From NCBI GenBank assembly GCA_963728205.1, contig CAVSIV010000006.1, positions 864,001-928,000 on the forward strand: a DNA stretch of 64,000 bases, given 5' to 3'. A program made the translations under genes and the position numbers. This DNA is from an uncultured Chloroflexia bacterium (lineage in GTDB: Bacteria; Chloroflexota; Dehalococcoidia; UBA2979). Under the pieces are notes generated by a model. The model did not search any database and was not told the origin of the DNA. It saw nothing but the letters and a program-made list of their open reading frames with translations. Numbering within the stretch: position 1 is the stretch's first letter; the number at the start of each line of letters is the position of its first letter. Positions 1 through 8,777 of this stretch are shown here, in pieces.

Positions 1-318
1 ACTCGCTTCGAGACAACGATCACGTATTACTACTGCGTTCCCGGTTCGAATCAGGCCGGGATCGGTGACGTCGGTGGGTACTGTGGTGCGATGGCAAACG
101 GCGACCCCGTGCACGCGGGTGCTGCCGCATGTGCGCCGCAGAACCTGGGCCAACGGTTCACCATCGAGGGGGATCCGACGGGCCGGACGTACACCTGTGC
201 CGACACCGGTGGCTCGGTCCTCCAGGACCACCGGGACGTCTGGTTCATGAACAGCGATGACGGGTACGCGTGGTGGGGCCGGGTCGGGCCCACGGCCATC
301 ATCGACATCGTGAACTAG
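1..318 (+). CDS. 3D-domain (MltA/RlpA-like double-psi barrel) protein, C-terminal part; 5' end outside window
   Basis: Frame open from base 1: TITYYYC...MANG..VH.GAAAC....LG.RF.I......YTCADTGG.V...HRDVW matches the T.Y/A.G/DTGG..D pattern of 3D domains. Confidence 0.6.
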   Translation, partial: TRFETTITYYYCVPGSNQAGIGDVGGYCGAMANGDPVHAGAAACAPQNLGQRFTIEGDPTGRTYTCADTGGSVLQDHRDVWFMNSDDGYAWWGRVGPTAIIDIVN

Positions 319-346
319 CGTTCATCGCCAGGCGGCTCTCGCAGGG

Positions 347-1552
347 TCACGGCGTCTCCGTCGACGTCCCGGTGCCGCTCGCCGCCGGCGTGCCCGTGCC
401 CTCCGGTGTCGGCGTGGCGCTCGCGGCCGCCTGGCGCGCAGCCTCCGCGGCCGCGGGGTCGTACGGGCGGCGCGACTCCTCCACCCAGGTGGCCCACGCC
501 TCCTTCGGCTGGTCCTTCGTGTCGCGCAGGCCGATGTGCGCGAGCAGGTCGTACGGCGGCGCCGTCGCGAAGGAGAGATCCTGCGCGGCGAACCAGATCA
601 CCAGCGGCGAGCCCAGCCAGTTGGCGTCGTCGAACAACCGCTGCACGAAGCGGCGCTGCTCTGGCGGCGTCGACGAGTTGAAGCCCTCGCGCACCTGGCC
701 GGACGAGTAACCGACCGAGGCAAATGCTACCGGCAGCGACGAGTGATCGCGGATCTGCCGGTAATACAGCGGGGGGACCTTGCGCGCGACCTGGTACGCG
801 AACGACGGGTACGTCGTGATCGCGACGAGGTCCATGCGGCCCTTGAACTGGTCGAGCAGCTCCCAGCGCGGCGCGTGCGGCGGCTCCCACGGGATCACGC
901 CGAGCAGCTCCTCGTACTGGAACGTCGGGAACACCTGGATGTCCGGCGCGATCTGCTTCACGGCGTCGTACGCCTGTGCGTACGCGGTGAGGAACTGCGC
1001 ATAGGCGGCAGGGTTCCGCTCGAAGGTCGCGTTGACCTCGCTGCCGATCGCAAGGAACGCGGGATGTTCGTTGCGCGCGACGAACACGGCGTCGTCGACC
1101 AGCGCCTGGCGCAGGTGGGGGTCGTCGAGCTGCTTGCCCTGCTCGTCGGCAGGCAGCCCGTTGAGGCGGTCGCGCGATGCGGGGTCGAAGACGTCGAGCG
1201 CGACCATGAGCGTGAGCCCGCGCGCCTTCGCGGCCTCGCGGTCGCTCAGCGTCTGGTCGCGCAGGCCGGCGGCGATGCTCGCGCCCGGCAGGAACGACGA
1301 CCACGCCGGCGCGCGCTGGATCAGCAGCACCTCGCCGTAGTTGGCCGCGAGGTCGAACGTCTGCTGGTAGGCGGCATCGGTGAGCTCGCTCGGCGTCGCC
1401 GAGAAGCCCATCAGGTACGCGCGCGGCGGACCGGCGGTGGCGCGCGGCGTGCGTGAGGGCGCGGTCGTGATCTGCTCGGTGCGGCAGGCGGCGCCGATCA
1501 GCGCCACGAAGAGCAGCGCCGCGAGGAGGGTGAGCCGGCGAGTCGGGGGCAC
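347..1552 (-). CDS. Lipoprotein with putative glycoside-hydrolase-like TIM barrel and Pro/Thr-rich tail
   Basis: Signal peptide with lipobox IGAAC; AIGSEVN resembles the GH-A acid/base position; GTG start 6 nt after GACAAT (leaderless). Confidence 0.65.
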   Translation of the reverse strand: MPPTRRLTLLAALLFVALIGAACRTEQITTAPSRTPRATAGPPRAYLMGFSATPSELTDAAYQQTFDLAANYGEVLLIQRAPAWSSFLPGASIAAGLRDQTLSDREAAKARGLTLMVALDVFDPASRDRLNGLPADEQGKQLDDPHLRQALVDDAVFVARNEHPAFLAIGSEVNATFERNPAAYAQFLTAYAQAYDAVKQIAPDIQVFPTFQYEELLGVIPWEPPHAPRWELLDQFKGRMDLVAITTYPSFAYQVARKVPPLYYRQIRDHSSLPVAFASVGYSSGQVREGFNSSTPPEQRRFVQRLFDDANWLGSPLVIWFAAQDLSFATAPPYDLLAHIGLRDTKDQPKEAWATWVEESRRPYDPAAAEAARQAAASATPTPEGTGTPAASGTGTSTETP

Positions 1553-1615
1553 GCATGGATTGTCCCCGGCGCCGGCGGGCAGGGTCAACGACGGGCGAGT
1601 CCCGGCGAGGCGTCA

Positions 1616-1815
1616 CGGCGTGGCCGGCTGCGGCGTGGCCGGCTGCGGCGTGGCCGGCTGCGGCGACCGGCTACCGCGACCGGCAGCGGCGGCCGGCAGC
1701 GGCGGCCGGCAGCGGCGGCCGGCAGCGGCGGCTGCAGCCGGACCTCGGCGGCGACCGGCTACCGCGACCGGCAGCGGGGGGCGGCACCGGCGGCTGCAGC
1801 CGGGACCTCGGCGGT
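1616..1815. repeat. Intergenic composite tandem repeat
   Basis: 3x CGGCGTGGCCGGCTG (1616-1660), about 4x CCGGCAGCGGCGG, and two copies of a longer CGGCGACCGGCTACCGCGACCGGCAGCGG...GGCTGCAGCCG(G)GACCTCGGCGG unit. Confidence 0.85.
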
Positions 1816-1830
1816 CACGGGCGGCCCCGG

Positions 1831-1888
1831 CCACAGCGGCGGCAGACATGCCGCCGACCTGTCGGCGGCATGTCTGCCGCCGCTGTGG
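1831..1888. repeat. REP-doublet (REPIN-like) palindrome, copy 1
   Basis: Perfect 28-bp inverted repeat CCACAGCGGCGGCAGACATGCCGCCGAC-ct-GTCGGCGGCATGTCTGCCGCCGCTGTGG; arms recur at about 20004 and 21970. Confidence 0.85.
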
Positions 1889-1898
1889 GACTGGCGGA

Positions 1899-1913
1899 TC
1901 GGGGAAACCCCGA
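1899..1913. promoter_or_regulatory. Palindromic putative operator TCGGGGAAACCCCGA
   Basis: Near-identical copy in inverted orientation at 2398-2412; each lies 70-80 nt upstream of a gene. Confidence 0.4.
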
Positions 1914-1989
1914 CGTGGAGACGCTCCCCGCCTGTCGAACATCCCCACAACGGCAGGGCCCGCACCCACCCGTGGGGAGGATTCGCCTG

Positions 1990-2211
1990 ATGGTGATGTC
2001 AATCGACGACCTGCGAAGCGAGCTGCGCTCCGTCACGTCGCCCTCGGATGCTCGCGCGCTGTTGAGCCGCGCGGCACGGATCGCCGGGGTCCCGGCGAAC
2101 CGACCGCTCGAGCTCCGTGAGCTGCTCCTGGTGTGCGAGGCGCTGGCCGCCGAGGGCGGCCTGATCCAGCGCATCGCCGAGTCGGTCGCGACCCGCGCAC
2201 TGACCGACTGA
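1990..2211 (+). CDS. Small helical hypothetical protein (about 73 aa)
   Basis: GGGGAGG SD upstream of ATG 1990/1996; GC3-biased codons; MSIDDLRSELRS...ATRALTD. Confidence 0.7.
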   Translation: MVMSIDDLRSELRSVTSPSDARALLSRAARIAGVPANRPLELRELLLVCEALAAEGGLIQRIAESVATRALTD

Positions 2212-2397
2212 ACGCCGGCTCCCGCGCCAATCGCGGCGCGCACCAGTCGTCGCAGCCGCCGCGCGCGGCCGGACCGCCGGCCGCGCGTCGTCGCGCCCAC
2301 GCCGCTCGGGAACGCGCGTCTCGAATGGCGAACAGACCGCAGGCTCCGCTCCCCATCTCCCCTGTGCCGCCCGCAATCGGTGCCGATGATTGGCATG

Positions 2398-2412
2398 TCA
2401 GGGTTTCCCCTA
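2398..2412. promoter_or_regulatory. Palindromic putative operator TCAGGGTTTCCCCTA
   Basis: Reverse complement TAGGGGAAACCCTGA matches 1899-1913 at 13/15 positions. Confidence 0.4.
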
Positions 2413-2482
2413 CGGGGCGCCTCCGGGACGACACCCGACGACACGACGTCGCGGGCAGGCCGGGGACGAAGGGAGGCGGGCG

Positions 2483-2932
2483 TTGCTGAGCAGGCTGTTC
2501 GGACGGCTTCGTCGCGATCCGCTCCGCCGCCGGGTCGAGGCATCGATCAAGCGCGGCACGGGACTGTCGAAGAGCGAGTGGCTCCTCACCGAGCTTCCCT
2601 TCGACGACGACGACATCAATCAGCTCAACGACGACATGGTCGGCTGGTGCCAGGAGCGCATCGCGGAGTCGCGGCGCCCGTACGGCATCGACCAGATGGC
2701 GCTCGCCGTGGCGTGCGCGGTGCCCGGCGGCCGGCCGCTGGCATCGGCGAGCTTCGGGGTCTTCCGCCCGGTCGAGTTCTACGCCGACGGCGGCGTGGCG
2801 GACCGGCTGGCGCACTTCCTGCACTCGATTCCCGTGGACGACCTCAACCGCCGCCACACCGGGGTACGCTTCGCCGCCGCGCTCTTCTCGTGGGGCGACA
2901 TCGCGCGCGACACCGTGTTCGCCGACGAGTAG
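2483..2932 (+). CDS. Hypothetical protein
   Basis: GGAGG SD then TTG; normal globular composition and codon bias. Confidence 0.7.
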   Translation: MLSRLFGRLRRDPLRRRVEASIKRGTGLSKSEWLLTELPFDDDDINQLNDDMVGWCQERIAESRRPYGIDQMALAVACAVPGGRPLASASFGVFRPVEFYADGGVADRLAHFLHSIPVDDLNRRHTGVRFAAALFSWGDIARDTVFADE

Positions 2933-3007
2933 CGCGCCGGCCGTCCCCGGAGCCTCGCGCAGCGGCAGTCCACGCGGGCTGCCGCTCGTCGGTACAGTGA
3001 CCCCCAC

Positions 3008-3376
3008 ATGGAACGCGATCGCTTCCGCCGCCTCGTGCGCCGCGCCATCCGGTCGCTGCCTCCCGAGCTCGCCGCGCGTCTCGACAACGTCGACATCGTG
3101 ATCGAACGCGAGCCCTCGCCATACGACCTGCAGTCAGCCCGCGAGGAGCCGGGCGCCGGCGACGTGCTGTTCGGGCTCTACATCGGCACGCCGCTCACGG
3201 AGCGCGAGCAGTACGGGATGACGCTGCCCGATCGCATCGTGATCTTCCAGGGGCCGCTCGAGCGCGCGTTCCAGCCACGCGACATCCCGCGCGAGGTGCG
3301 CACCACCGTCGTGCACGAGCTCGCGCACCACTTCGGCATCGACGACGAGCGGCTCGACGCGCTCGGGCTGGGCTAG
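3008..3376 (+). CDS. Zincin-like metallopeptidase family protein (Zincin_1/DUF1025)
   Basis: LFGLY.G.PL.ER...LPDRI.IF..PL...TVVHELAHHFGIDDERL signature. Confidence 0.9.
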   Translation: MERDRFRRLVRRAIRSLPPELAARLDNVDIVIEREPSPYDLQSAREEPGAGDVLFGLYIGTPLTEREQYGMTLPDRIVIFQGPLERAFQPRDIPREVRTTVVHELAHHFGIDDERLDALGLG

Positions 3377-3442
3377 GTGCGCGCGCGCACCGCGCGACCG
3401 CGCTAGTCTCGCCCACGGCCTGCAGCAGGACGGGGAGAGCGC

Positions 3443-4180
3443 GTGATCAGCGAACGCTTCGTGATCGGCATCGACGACACCGACGCGCCGAGCGGCGACG
3501 GCGACGGCACGAGCGCGCTCGCGCGGCGCCTCGCGGCGAAGGCGGAGGCCGAGGGCTTCGCCACGTCGCTCGGCGTGACGCGGCACGCGCTCACCGACAG
3601 CGACAAGGTGCGGCGCACGGACCGCAACCTCTGCTACGCGGTGGAGATCGAGACCGACCGGGACGTGCTCGACGTGGAGGACTTCGTCGTGGCGTTCGTG
3701 CGCGGGGAGGCGTCGCGCGAGGCGAGCCCGGGCATGGCGCTGCTGTCGCGGCACTCCGACATGCCGCACGCGCTGGCGTTCGGGCGGCGCGCGCAGCAGG
3801 AGGTGATGAAGCTCGAGGAGGCGGAGCGCTACGCCGCGGAGGCGAACGTGCTGCTGCGCGGGCTCGGCGGGTCGCGCGCGGGGATGATCGGCGCGCTGGC
3901 CGCCGCGGGGTTGCGCGGCGGCGGCAAGGACGGGCGCTACACGGATCTGCGCGGCATCCGCGACCTCGCCGGCCGCGTCACCGCCGGCCAGATCCGCGCG
4001 ACGAGCGACCTGCAGCGCATCCTCGACGCCGACGAGGGCGCGGAGCTCGACCGCGACGACCCAATCGAGACGCTCGACTGGATCCGGCCGCGCGTCGAGG
4101 AGGGGCAGCCCGTGCTGCGCGTGCGGCGGTCGCCGGAGGACCGGCACCTGTGGGTGCCGGTGGACCGCAAGCCGGCGTAA
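3443..4180 (+). CDS. TiaS (tRNA-Ile2 agmatinyltransferase) N-terminal-domain-like protein, DUF1743-like
   Basis: IGIDDTD...GT, VTRH, G.IGALAA.GL motifs; lacks OB-fold and zinc-ribbon extensions. Confidence 0.65.
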   Translation: MISERFVIGIDDTDAPSGDGDGTSALARRLAAKAEAEGFATSLGVTRHALTDSDKVRRTDRNLCYAVEIETDRDVLDVEDFVVAFVRGEASREASPGMALLSRHSDMPHALAFGRRAQQEVMKLEEAERYAAEANVLLRGLGGSRAGMIGALAAAGLRGGGKDGRYTDLRGIRDLAGRVTAGQIRATSDLQRILDADEGAELDRDDPIETLDWIRPRVEEGQPVLRVRRSPEDRHLWVPVDRKPA

Positions 4181-4190
4181 GCCGGACCCC

Positions 4191-6104
4191 CTACCCGGCC
4201 GGCGGCACTCGCGGCACGGGATACGCGGCCGCGAGGTCGGTCCCGGTGCACGCGAACGGCTCGGCAACGACCGCGCCCCCGCCGGCCGTCACCTGGACGC
4301 CGCGCGTGCTCGACACGATGCCCATCCCGGGGAGATCGGACGCGATGTTCGCGTAGGCAATCCGCTTCGCGCCGGCGGATGCAACGTGCACGAGGTGCCG
4401 CGGGCTCGACGTGCTCGTGCGTGCGACGTAGACGTTTGCGACATCGAGCGCGGACTCCCCGCGCATCTTGAACGGCGTCGCCCGGTCCACGTAGGCGTTC
4501 ACGACCCGCATGGCGGTCCCGTCCCCGAGGTCGGCGAAGGCGTCGGCGAGCGCGGACCCGTACCCGCCGAAGACGCTGACGCGGGAGCGGCAGCCTTCGA
4601 CCAGCGAGACGCCGGTGTGCGCGCCGCGGACCGAGAAGTTGCGCAGCACGATCTCGCCGCCCGCGCCGGCCGCCTCGCAGACGATGCCCGCCGAGGGCCG
4701 CCCGCCGTCCACCGCGACAAGGTCGGATGCGGTGCAGCCGTCGAGCTCGACGCGGAAGTCGCCGTCGCCGTTACGCGCGAGGATCTTCCACCCGGCGCTT
4801 GCGCCGCTCACGCTGCAGCCGACGTAGCGCGTCCCGGCGGCGCGGTCCTGGAAGCCGGTCGGAATGATGCCGCCGCCGGGCGGCGTCCGCGGCTCGCGAA
4901 CCCGGCAGTTCACGAACGTCGTGTCAATCCCGGACTCGTGCGTGTCGAACGGCTCGCCTCGCGCGTTCACCGAGAGCGAGTCGTGGATCAGCGTCGCGAT
5001 CGGCTCGCCGTAGAACGCCCAGCGGTCCGCCTCGAACGCCGCGTCCTTCGGATAGCCCGTCGTGAAGAGGTGGCGCGCCCCTTCGCCCTGGACGCGGATG
5101 GTGGCGGCGTAGTTGGCGCCGTACGCCTCGACGCCGTAGCCGTAGGCGCCGATCGCGGGCGCGTTCACGATGTCGTCCGTGGTCACGTCGACGTCCGCCA
5201 TCCAGCAATTGGCGAGCTTCAGCCCCGTGTCCCACGCGGAGTGGATGTGGCAATCGGCGACCTGCGGCCGCACGAGCGACTGGAGCGACACCGCGCCGGC
5301 GCCGTCCCGCGCGATCGCCTCGTCGTGCACATCGCCGTCGGCCTCGATCCAGAGCGAGCGCAGTGAGACCGGCTGGCGCTCGAGGACGCGGACGAGTGGC
5401 CGCCCCGCGTAGCGGAGACGAAGCAGGCCGTGCACCAGGACGTGTCGCTTCGAAGCGTCGACCGCACGAACCTCGAAGAGCTCGCCCGCATAGTTTCGCG
5501 CCCCGGCGGCGCCGTATGGGCGCGCGTCGTCCGAGTAAATCTTGCAGATGTCGTTGACGTGAAACGCCGACGCGTCGTCGACGGTCAGCCGAGTGACACG
5601 TGACTGCACGTCGAGATCGACCTCGTCGATCGCGACGACGGGCCGGGGGTCCGAGGCGGCGCCGGCGAACGCAAAGGCGGGCGCTCCGGGGCCGTAGCGG
5701 ATGCGGGTAGGCGGCCCCTGGCCCTCGATGCGCGTCGGCCGGTCCACCGGCACCGACACGCCGTGCGGGAAGATGAACGTGCCTTCGCTCAGCAGGACGC
5801 GCCCCCCGGCGGGCGGCAGGGCGGCGATCGCGCGCGCCACCTGCGCATCGTCGTTCGCGCCGTCGCAGCGGTAGTCCGCCGATGACCGGCTGCGCGCGCC
5901 GGCATCGTGCGCGGCGACGGTCACGGCGGCGCGAACGTCCTGCGAGCAGCCGTCGCCTGCGAGCGACGGATCGGGAACCACCGCTGCGCCGGCGGGGCCG
6001 GCAGCGAGCGCGGCGAGCGCCGGCGCGACCGCCGCGGCGGCGGCGGCGCGGCGAAGCAGCGCACGGCGCGTCACGGCGGTGCGGGGCTGCGGCCGGGATG
6101 GCAT
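4191..6104 (-). CDS. Tat-exported right-handed beta-helix (pectin-lyase/tailspike-like) protein
   Basis: VTRRALL twin-arginine signal; ADYRCDG.NDD....AI.ALP..GG.V.LSEGTF beta-helix cap; GYGYGV, RH..T and FDTHE rungs. Confidence 0.75.
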   Translation of the reverse strand: MPSRPQPRTAVTRRALLRRAAAAAAVAPALAALAAGPAGAAVVPDPSLAGDGCSQDVRAAVTVAAHDAGARSRSSADYRCDGANDDAQVARAIAALPPAGGRVLLSEGTFIFPHGVSVPVDRPTRIEGQGPPTRIRYGPGAPAFAFAGAASDPRPVVAIDEVDLDVQSRVTRLTVDDASAFHVNDICKIYSDDARPYGAAGARNYAGELFEVRAVDASKRHVLVHGLLRLRYAGRPLVRVLERQPVSLRSLWIEADGDVHDEAIARDGAGAVSLQSLVRPQVADCHIHSAWDTGLKLANCWMADVDVTTDDIVNAPAIGAYGYGVEAYGANYAATIRVQGEGARHLFTTGYPKDAAFEADRWAFYGEPIATLIHDSLSVNARGEPFDTHESGIDTTFVNCRVREPRTPPGGGIIPTGFQDRAAGTRYVGCSVSGASAGWKILARNGDGDFRVELDGCTASDLVAVDGGRPSAGIVCEAAGAGGEIVLRNFSVRGAHTGVSLVEGCRSRVSVFGGYGSALADAFADLGDGTAMRVVNAYVDRATPFKMRGESALDVANVYVARTSTSSPRHLVHVASAGAKRIAYANIASDLPGMGIVSSTRGVQVTAGGGAVVAEPFACTGTDLAAAYPVPRVPPAG

Positions 6105-6268
6105 GACGGGTCGCTCCCTCCCCCGCGCCTTCCCCGGGCGCGGCGGGGCGCGGGGCGCGGTGCTCCTCGACGGTACGCGCCGGACAATCGTGCAGTCAGC
6201 GACGGGCTGCGGGGCAGTCGGGAAGACCCGCGTCGCGCGTCGCGCCGCGGCGGGCGCGCAGCCGCAGA

Positions 6269-8044
6269 TTACCGGAGCGCGACGAAGGCGCCGACCACAC
6301 CCGACGCCACCCCCGAGACCCGCGCCCGTACCCCGATCTGCCCGCCCACCGCGGACGGGGCCTCGCGCGGCGGCGGCTGCGCGCGCCGCTGCCGCGTCGT
6401 CGCAGCTGCTCGGTGCGGCGACGACGTCGTCGATCCCGTCCCACGCGGTTGGGGCGGCGAGGAGGGGGGCGACGAGGGATCCGCGCCGCGCGAGCCCGCG
6501 GAGGCGCGCCGCTGCGCCGCGGGGCGCGTGGCTTCCGAGGCGTTCGAGCCGCTCGAGGCGATCGAGCCGGTCGGCTTCGCTGCGCCCGCTGCGTGTCCGT
6601 GAGCGGCGGCTGCCTGCGGCGCGGGGGACGCGCCGGACCGGCTCGCGGAAGCGCCGCGCTCGCTCGCCGCGATGGCGCGGGAGCGGCCCGTGGCCGGCGA
6701 GCCGGCGGCCACGGGAGGCGCCCCGCTCTGCGGCGCGGGCGACACGGCGTGCGCGTACCGTCCTGCCGGGACCGACGTCCGGCTCGCCGTCGCGGGCGTC
6801 GCGGGGCTGGAGCGCCCTGCCGGCACCGCCGCGACGTCGCGGTCGGGCGTTGTGCGCGGGGCGTCGGAACCGCGCGCGCCCGGTGCCGACGGCGGCCACC
6901 AGGCCACCGGAGAGGCAGGCGATCCGAAGGAGCCGGGCCCCCGCACCGCCGGCGCAGCCTCGCCTCCAGGCGGTCCGGAGCGGGCAAGGCCGCCCGCCGT
7001 CACGGCCGCGCCGGCCGCGCCGGCCGCGCCGGCCGCGCCGGCCGCGGGCGTCGCTTCGTGGACGCGCGGGTGGCGCGGGCGTTCGCCGACCCACTCGCGA
7101 CGCGCGGGACCGCCCAGCGCGACGAGCGTGAGGACGGCGAACGCCAGCATCCCGCCGAGCCCGGCCGCGTGCTTCGCGAACGAGCCGGCTCCGCGGGCGA
7201 CGGCCGGCCGTCGCAACGCGGCATCGCGCCCCGACCGGCGCAGCGCGCGCAGCAGTCCGCCGGGCCGGCGGATCGCGCCGAGCAGCGCGCTCGCCGCGAG
7301 GCCCGTGCGGCGGCGGTCCTCCGGGGCGCGCATCAACGACAGCCAGCCGTCGCACGCCGCGCACTCCGCGGCGTGGCGCGCGAGCGTCGTGGACTCGCGC
7401 TCCGAGAGCGTGCCCGCCGCGAGCTCCGAGAGTCGGTGGAGCGCCTGCGTGCAGCCCACCTCGATTCCCTCGGCCCGGAGGTACGTGTCCGCGAGACGTC
7501 GGCGCGCGCGTGAGGTCAGCGTCTCCGCGGCGCCGCGCGAGACGCCGAGCGTCCGGCCAATCGCCTCGTAGGAGCGCCCCTCCAGCTCGCGCATCACGAG
7601 CGCGCGGCGCGAGCGCTCGGGCAGCAGGGAGAGCGCGACCCAGACCCGAGCGCGCTCGTCGAGCGAGAGCACCCGCTCGCCGGGGTCCGAGGCATGGATG
7701 TCGCGCGGCTGGTGCCGGGGTTGCCCGCCGTCGTCGCGATCGAGCGACACGAGCTGCGGACGGCGGCGGCGCTTGCGCAGGAAGTCGAACGCTGCGTTCA
7801 ACGAGAGCCGGGACAGCCAGGATCGGAAGCGATCGGGATGCTCGAGGCCGTGCAGCGACAGCGCGACGAGGAGCCAGACCTCCTGGGCGACGTCGGCGGC
7901 GTCGTCGGGATTGCGCAGGGGACGCAGCAGGAGGTGTCGCACGTACTCGTCGTACTCGTCGACGAGTCGCTCGAAGGCGCCGGGCTCGCCATCCCGCGCG
8001 CGACGCACCCACGCACCCACATCGAACTCCACGGGGTCGTGCAT
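6269..8044 (-). CDS. ECF sigma-70 factor fused to zinc-binding anti-sigma motif, TM helix and low-complexity tail
   Basis: Region 2 DAADVAQEVW...FRSWL..L.LN.A.DFLRK; region 4 LPERSRRALVMRELEG.SYEAIG.TLG.S; HAAECAAC; TM GGMLAFAVLTLVALGG. Confidence 0.85.
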   Translation of the reverse strand: MHDPVEFDVGAWVRRARDGEPGAFERLVDEYDEYVRHLLLRPLRNPDDAADVAQEVWLLVALSLHGLEHPDRFRSWLSRLSLNAAFDFLRKRRRRPQLVSLDRDDGGQPRHQPRDIHASDPGERVLSLDERARVWVALSLLPERSRRALVMRELEGRSYEAIGRTLGVSRGAAETLTSRARRRLADTYLRAEGIEVGCTQALHRLSELAAGTLSERESTTLARHAAECAACDGWLSLMRAPEDRRRTGLAASALLGAIRRPGGLLRALRRSGRDAALRRPAVARGAGSFAKHAAGLGGMLAFAVLTLVALGGPARREWVGERPRHPRVHEATPAAGAAGAAGAAGAAVTAGGLARSGPPGGEAAPAVRGPGSFGSPASPVAWWPPSAPGARGSDAPRTTPDRDVAAVPAGRSSPATPATASRTSVPAGRYAHAVSPAPQSGAPPVAAGSPATGRSRAIAASERGASASRSGASPAPQAAAAHGHAAGAAKPTGSIASSGSNASEATRPAAQRRASAGSRGADPSSPPSSPPQPRGTGSTTSSPHRAAATTRQRRAQPPPREAPSAVGGQIGVRARVSGVASGVVGAFVALR

Positions 8045-8407
8045 CGCGCGCTGCTCTCTTCCCCCGGCAGCGCGGGAGGCTAGCACGCCCGCCCGGCCCC
8101 CGCGAGACCGCGGTGGGAGGTCGGTCGACGCGGCGGGACGCGCGTGAATCCGCGTGCCGGCGGGATGCGAGGGAACTGCAAGGCGCCGACCGGCGATGCG
8201 TGTAAGTCGGCCGAGCGACTTCACGTCTCATTAAGCAGAGCGAATCGGCGCGGTTCGATCCGCTCGTCGCACCCCGGTCCCCGAGACGACGGCAACGACG
8301 TGGAGCCGGCGCGTGTTTCGCGCGCTCGGAGGGTTTCGCGTTCCCGACGCCGCCGGTGATCAAGCGGGGTGGGCAGCAAGCAGTGGGTCGGTGGAAAGGA
8401 GGTGAGG

Positions 8408-8635
8408 ATGCATCGTTGGCGACGGCTGCTTGCGATCGGTTCGGTACCGGTCGCGGGCCTGATCCTCGTCACGAGCGCGATCGCGGCGAGACCGCCGGAC
8501 AACCAGAAGGTCTCTGTCTGCCACGTGACGGGACAGGGCACGTTCAGGGAGATCTCCGTCTCCGAGCGAGCCCTTCCCGCCCTCGAGGCGCACGGCGACG
8601 TCGTGGCGAACGAGTTCGGGTACTGCCCGAGCTAA
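8408..8635 (+). CDS. Secreted 75-aa microprotein with KVxVCH...HGD...C motif
   Basis: Strong SD AAGGAGGTGA; signal peptide; KVSVCHVTG...ISVS..ALPA..AHGD....GYCP. Confidence 0.75.
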   Translation: MHRWRRLLAIGSVPVAGLILVTSAIAARPPDNQKVSVCHVTGQGTFREISVSERALPALEAHGDVVANEFGYCPS

Positions 8636-8777
8636 GGCTCGGGTGAGATTCGCGAGCGACCGGCGCCGGTCCGCCCGCCCGATGGCGTGGCCCCATCATC
8701 GGCGGCCGGCGGCGACCGACCGACGGTGCCGGTCGCTCGCAGCCACCTGCAACGCAGGGCACAGGGAGGAGACGCGG

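Noticed and set aside
1616-1830. Possible CRISPR array
   Set aside because: Units are directly tandem with no unique spacers; no cas genes in the window.
1889-1989. Riboswitch or ncRNA
   Set aside because: Only a short GAAA-capped palindrome; no recognisable aptamer consensus; better explained as an operator.
4191-6104. Prophage tailspike or prophage remnant
   Set aside because: It carries a Tat signal, and there are no phage structural, terminase or integrase genes nearby.
7004-7047. 9-nt tandem repeat as phase-variation switch
   Set aside because: In-frame (encodes AAG repeats) within a disordered linker; length change would not shift the frame.
6105-8363. N-terminal 750 aa of the 1390-aa ORF 4191-8363
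   Set aside because: Arg/Ala-rich off-frame overlap of the ECF gene; the real protein begins at the Tat signal (6104).
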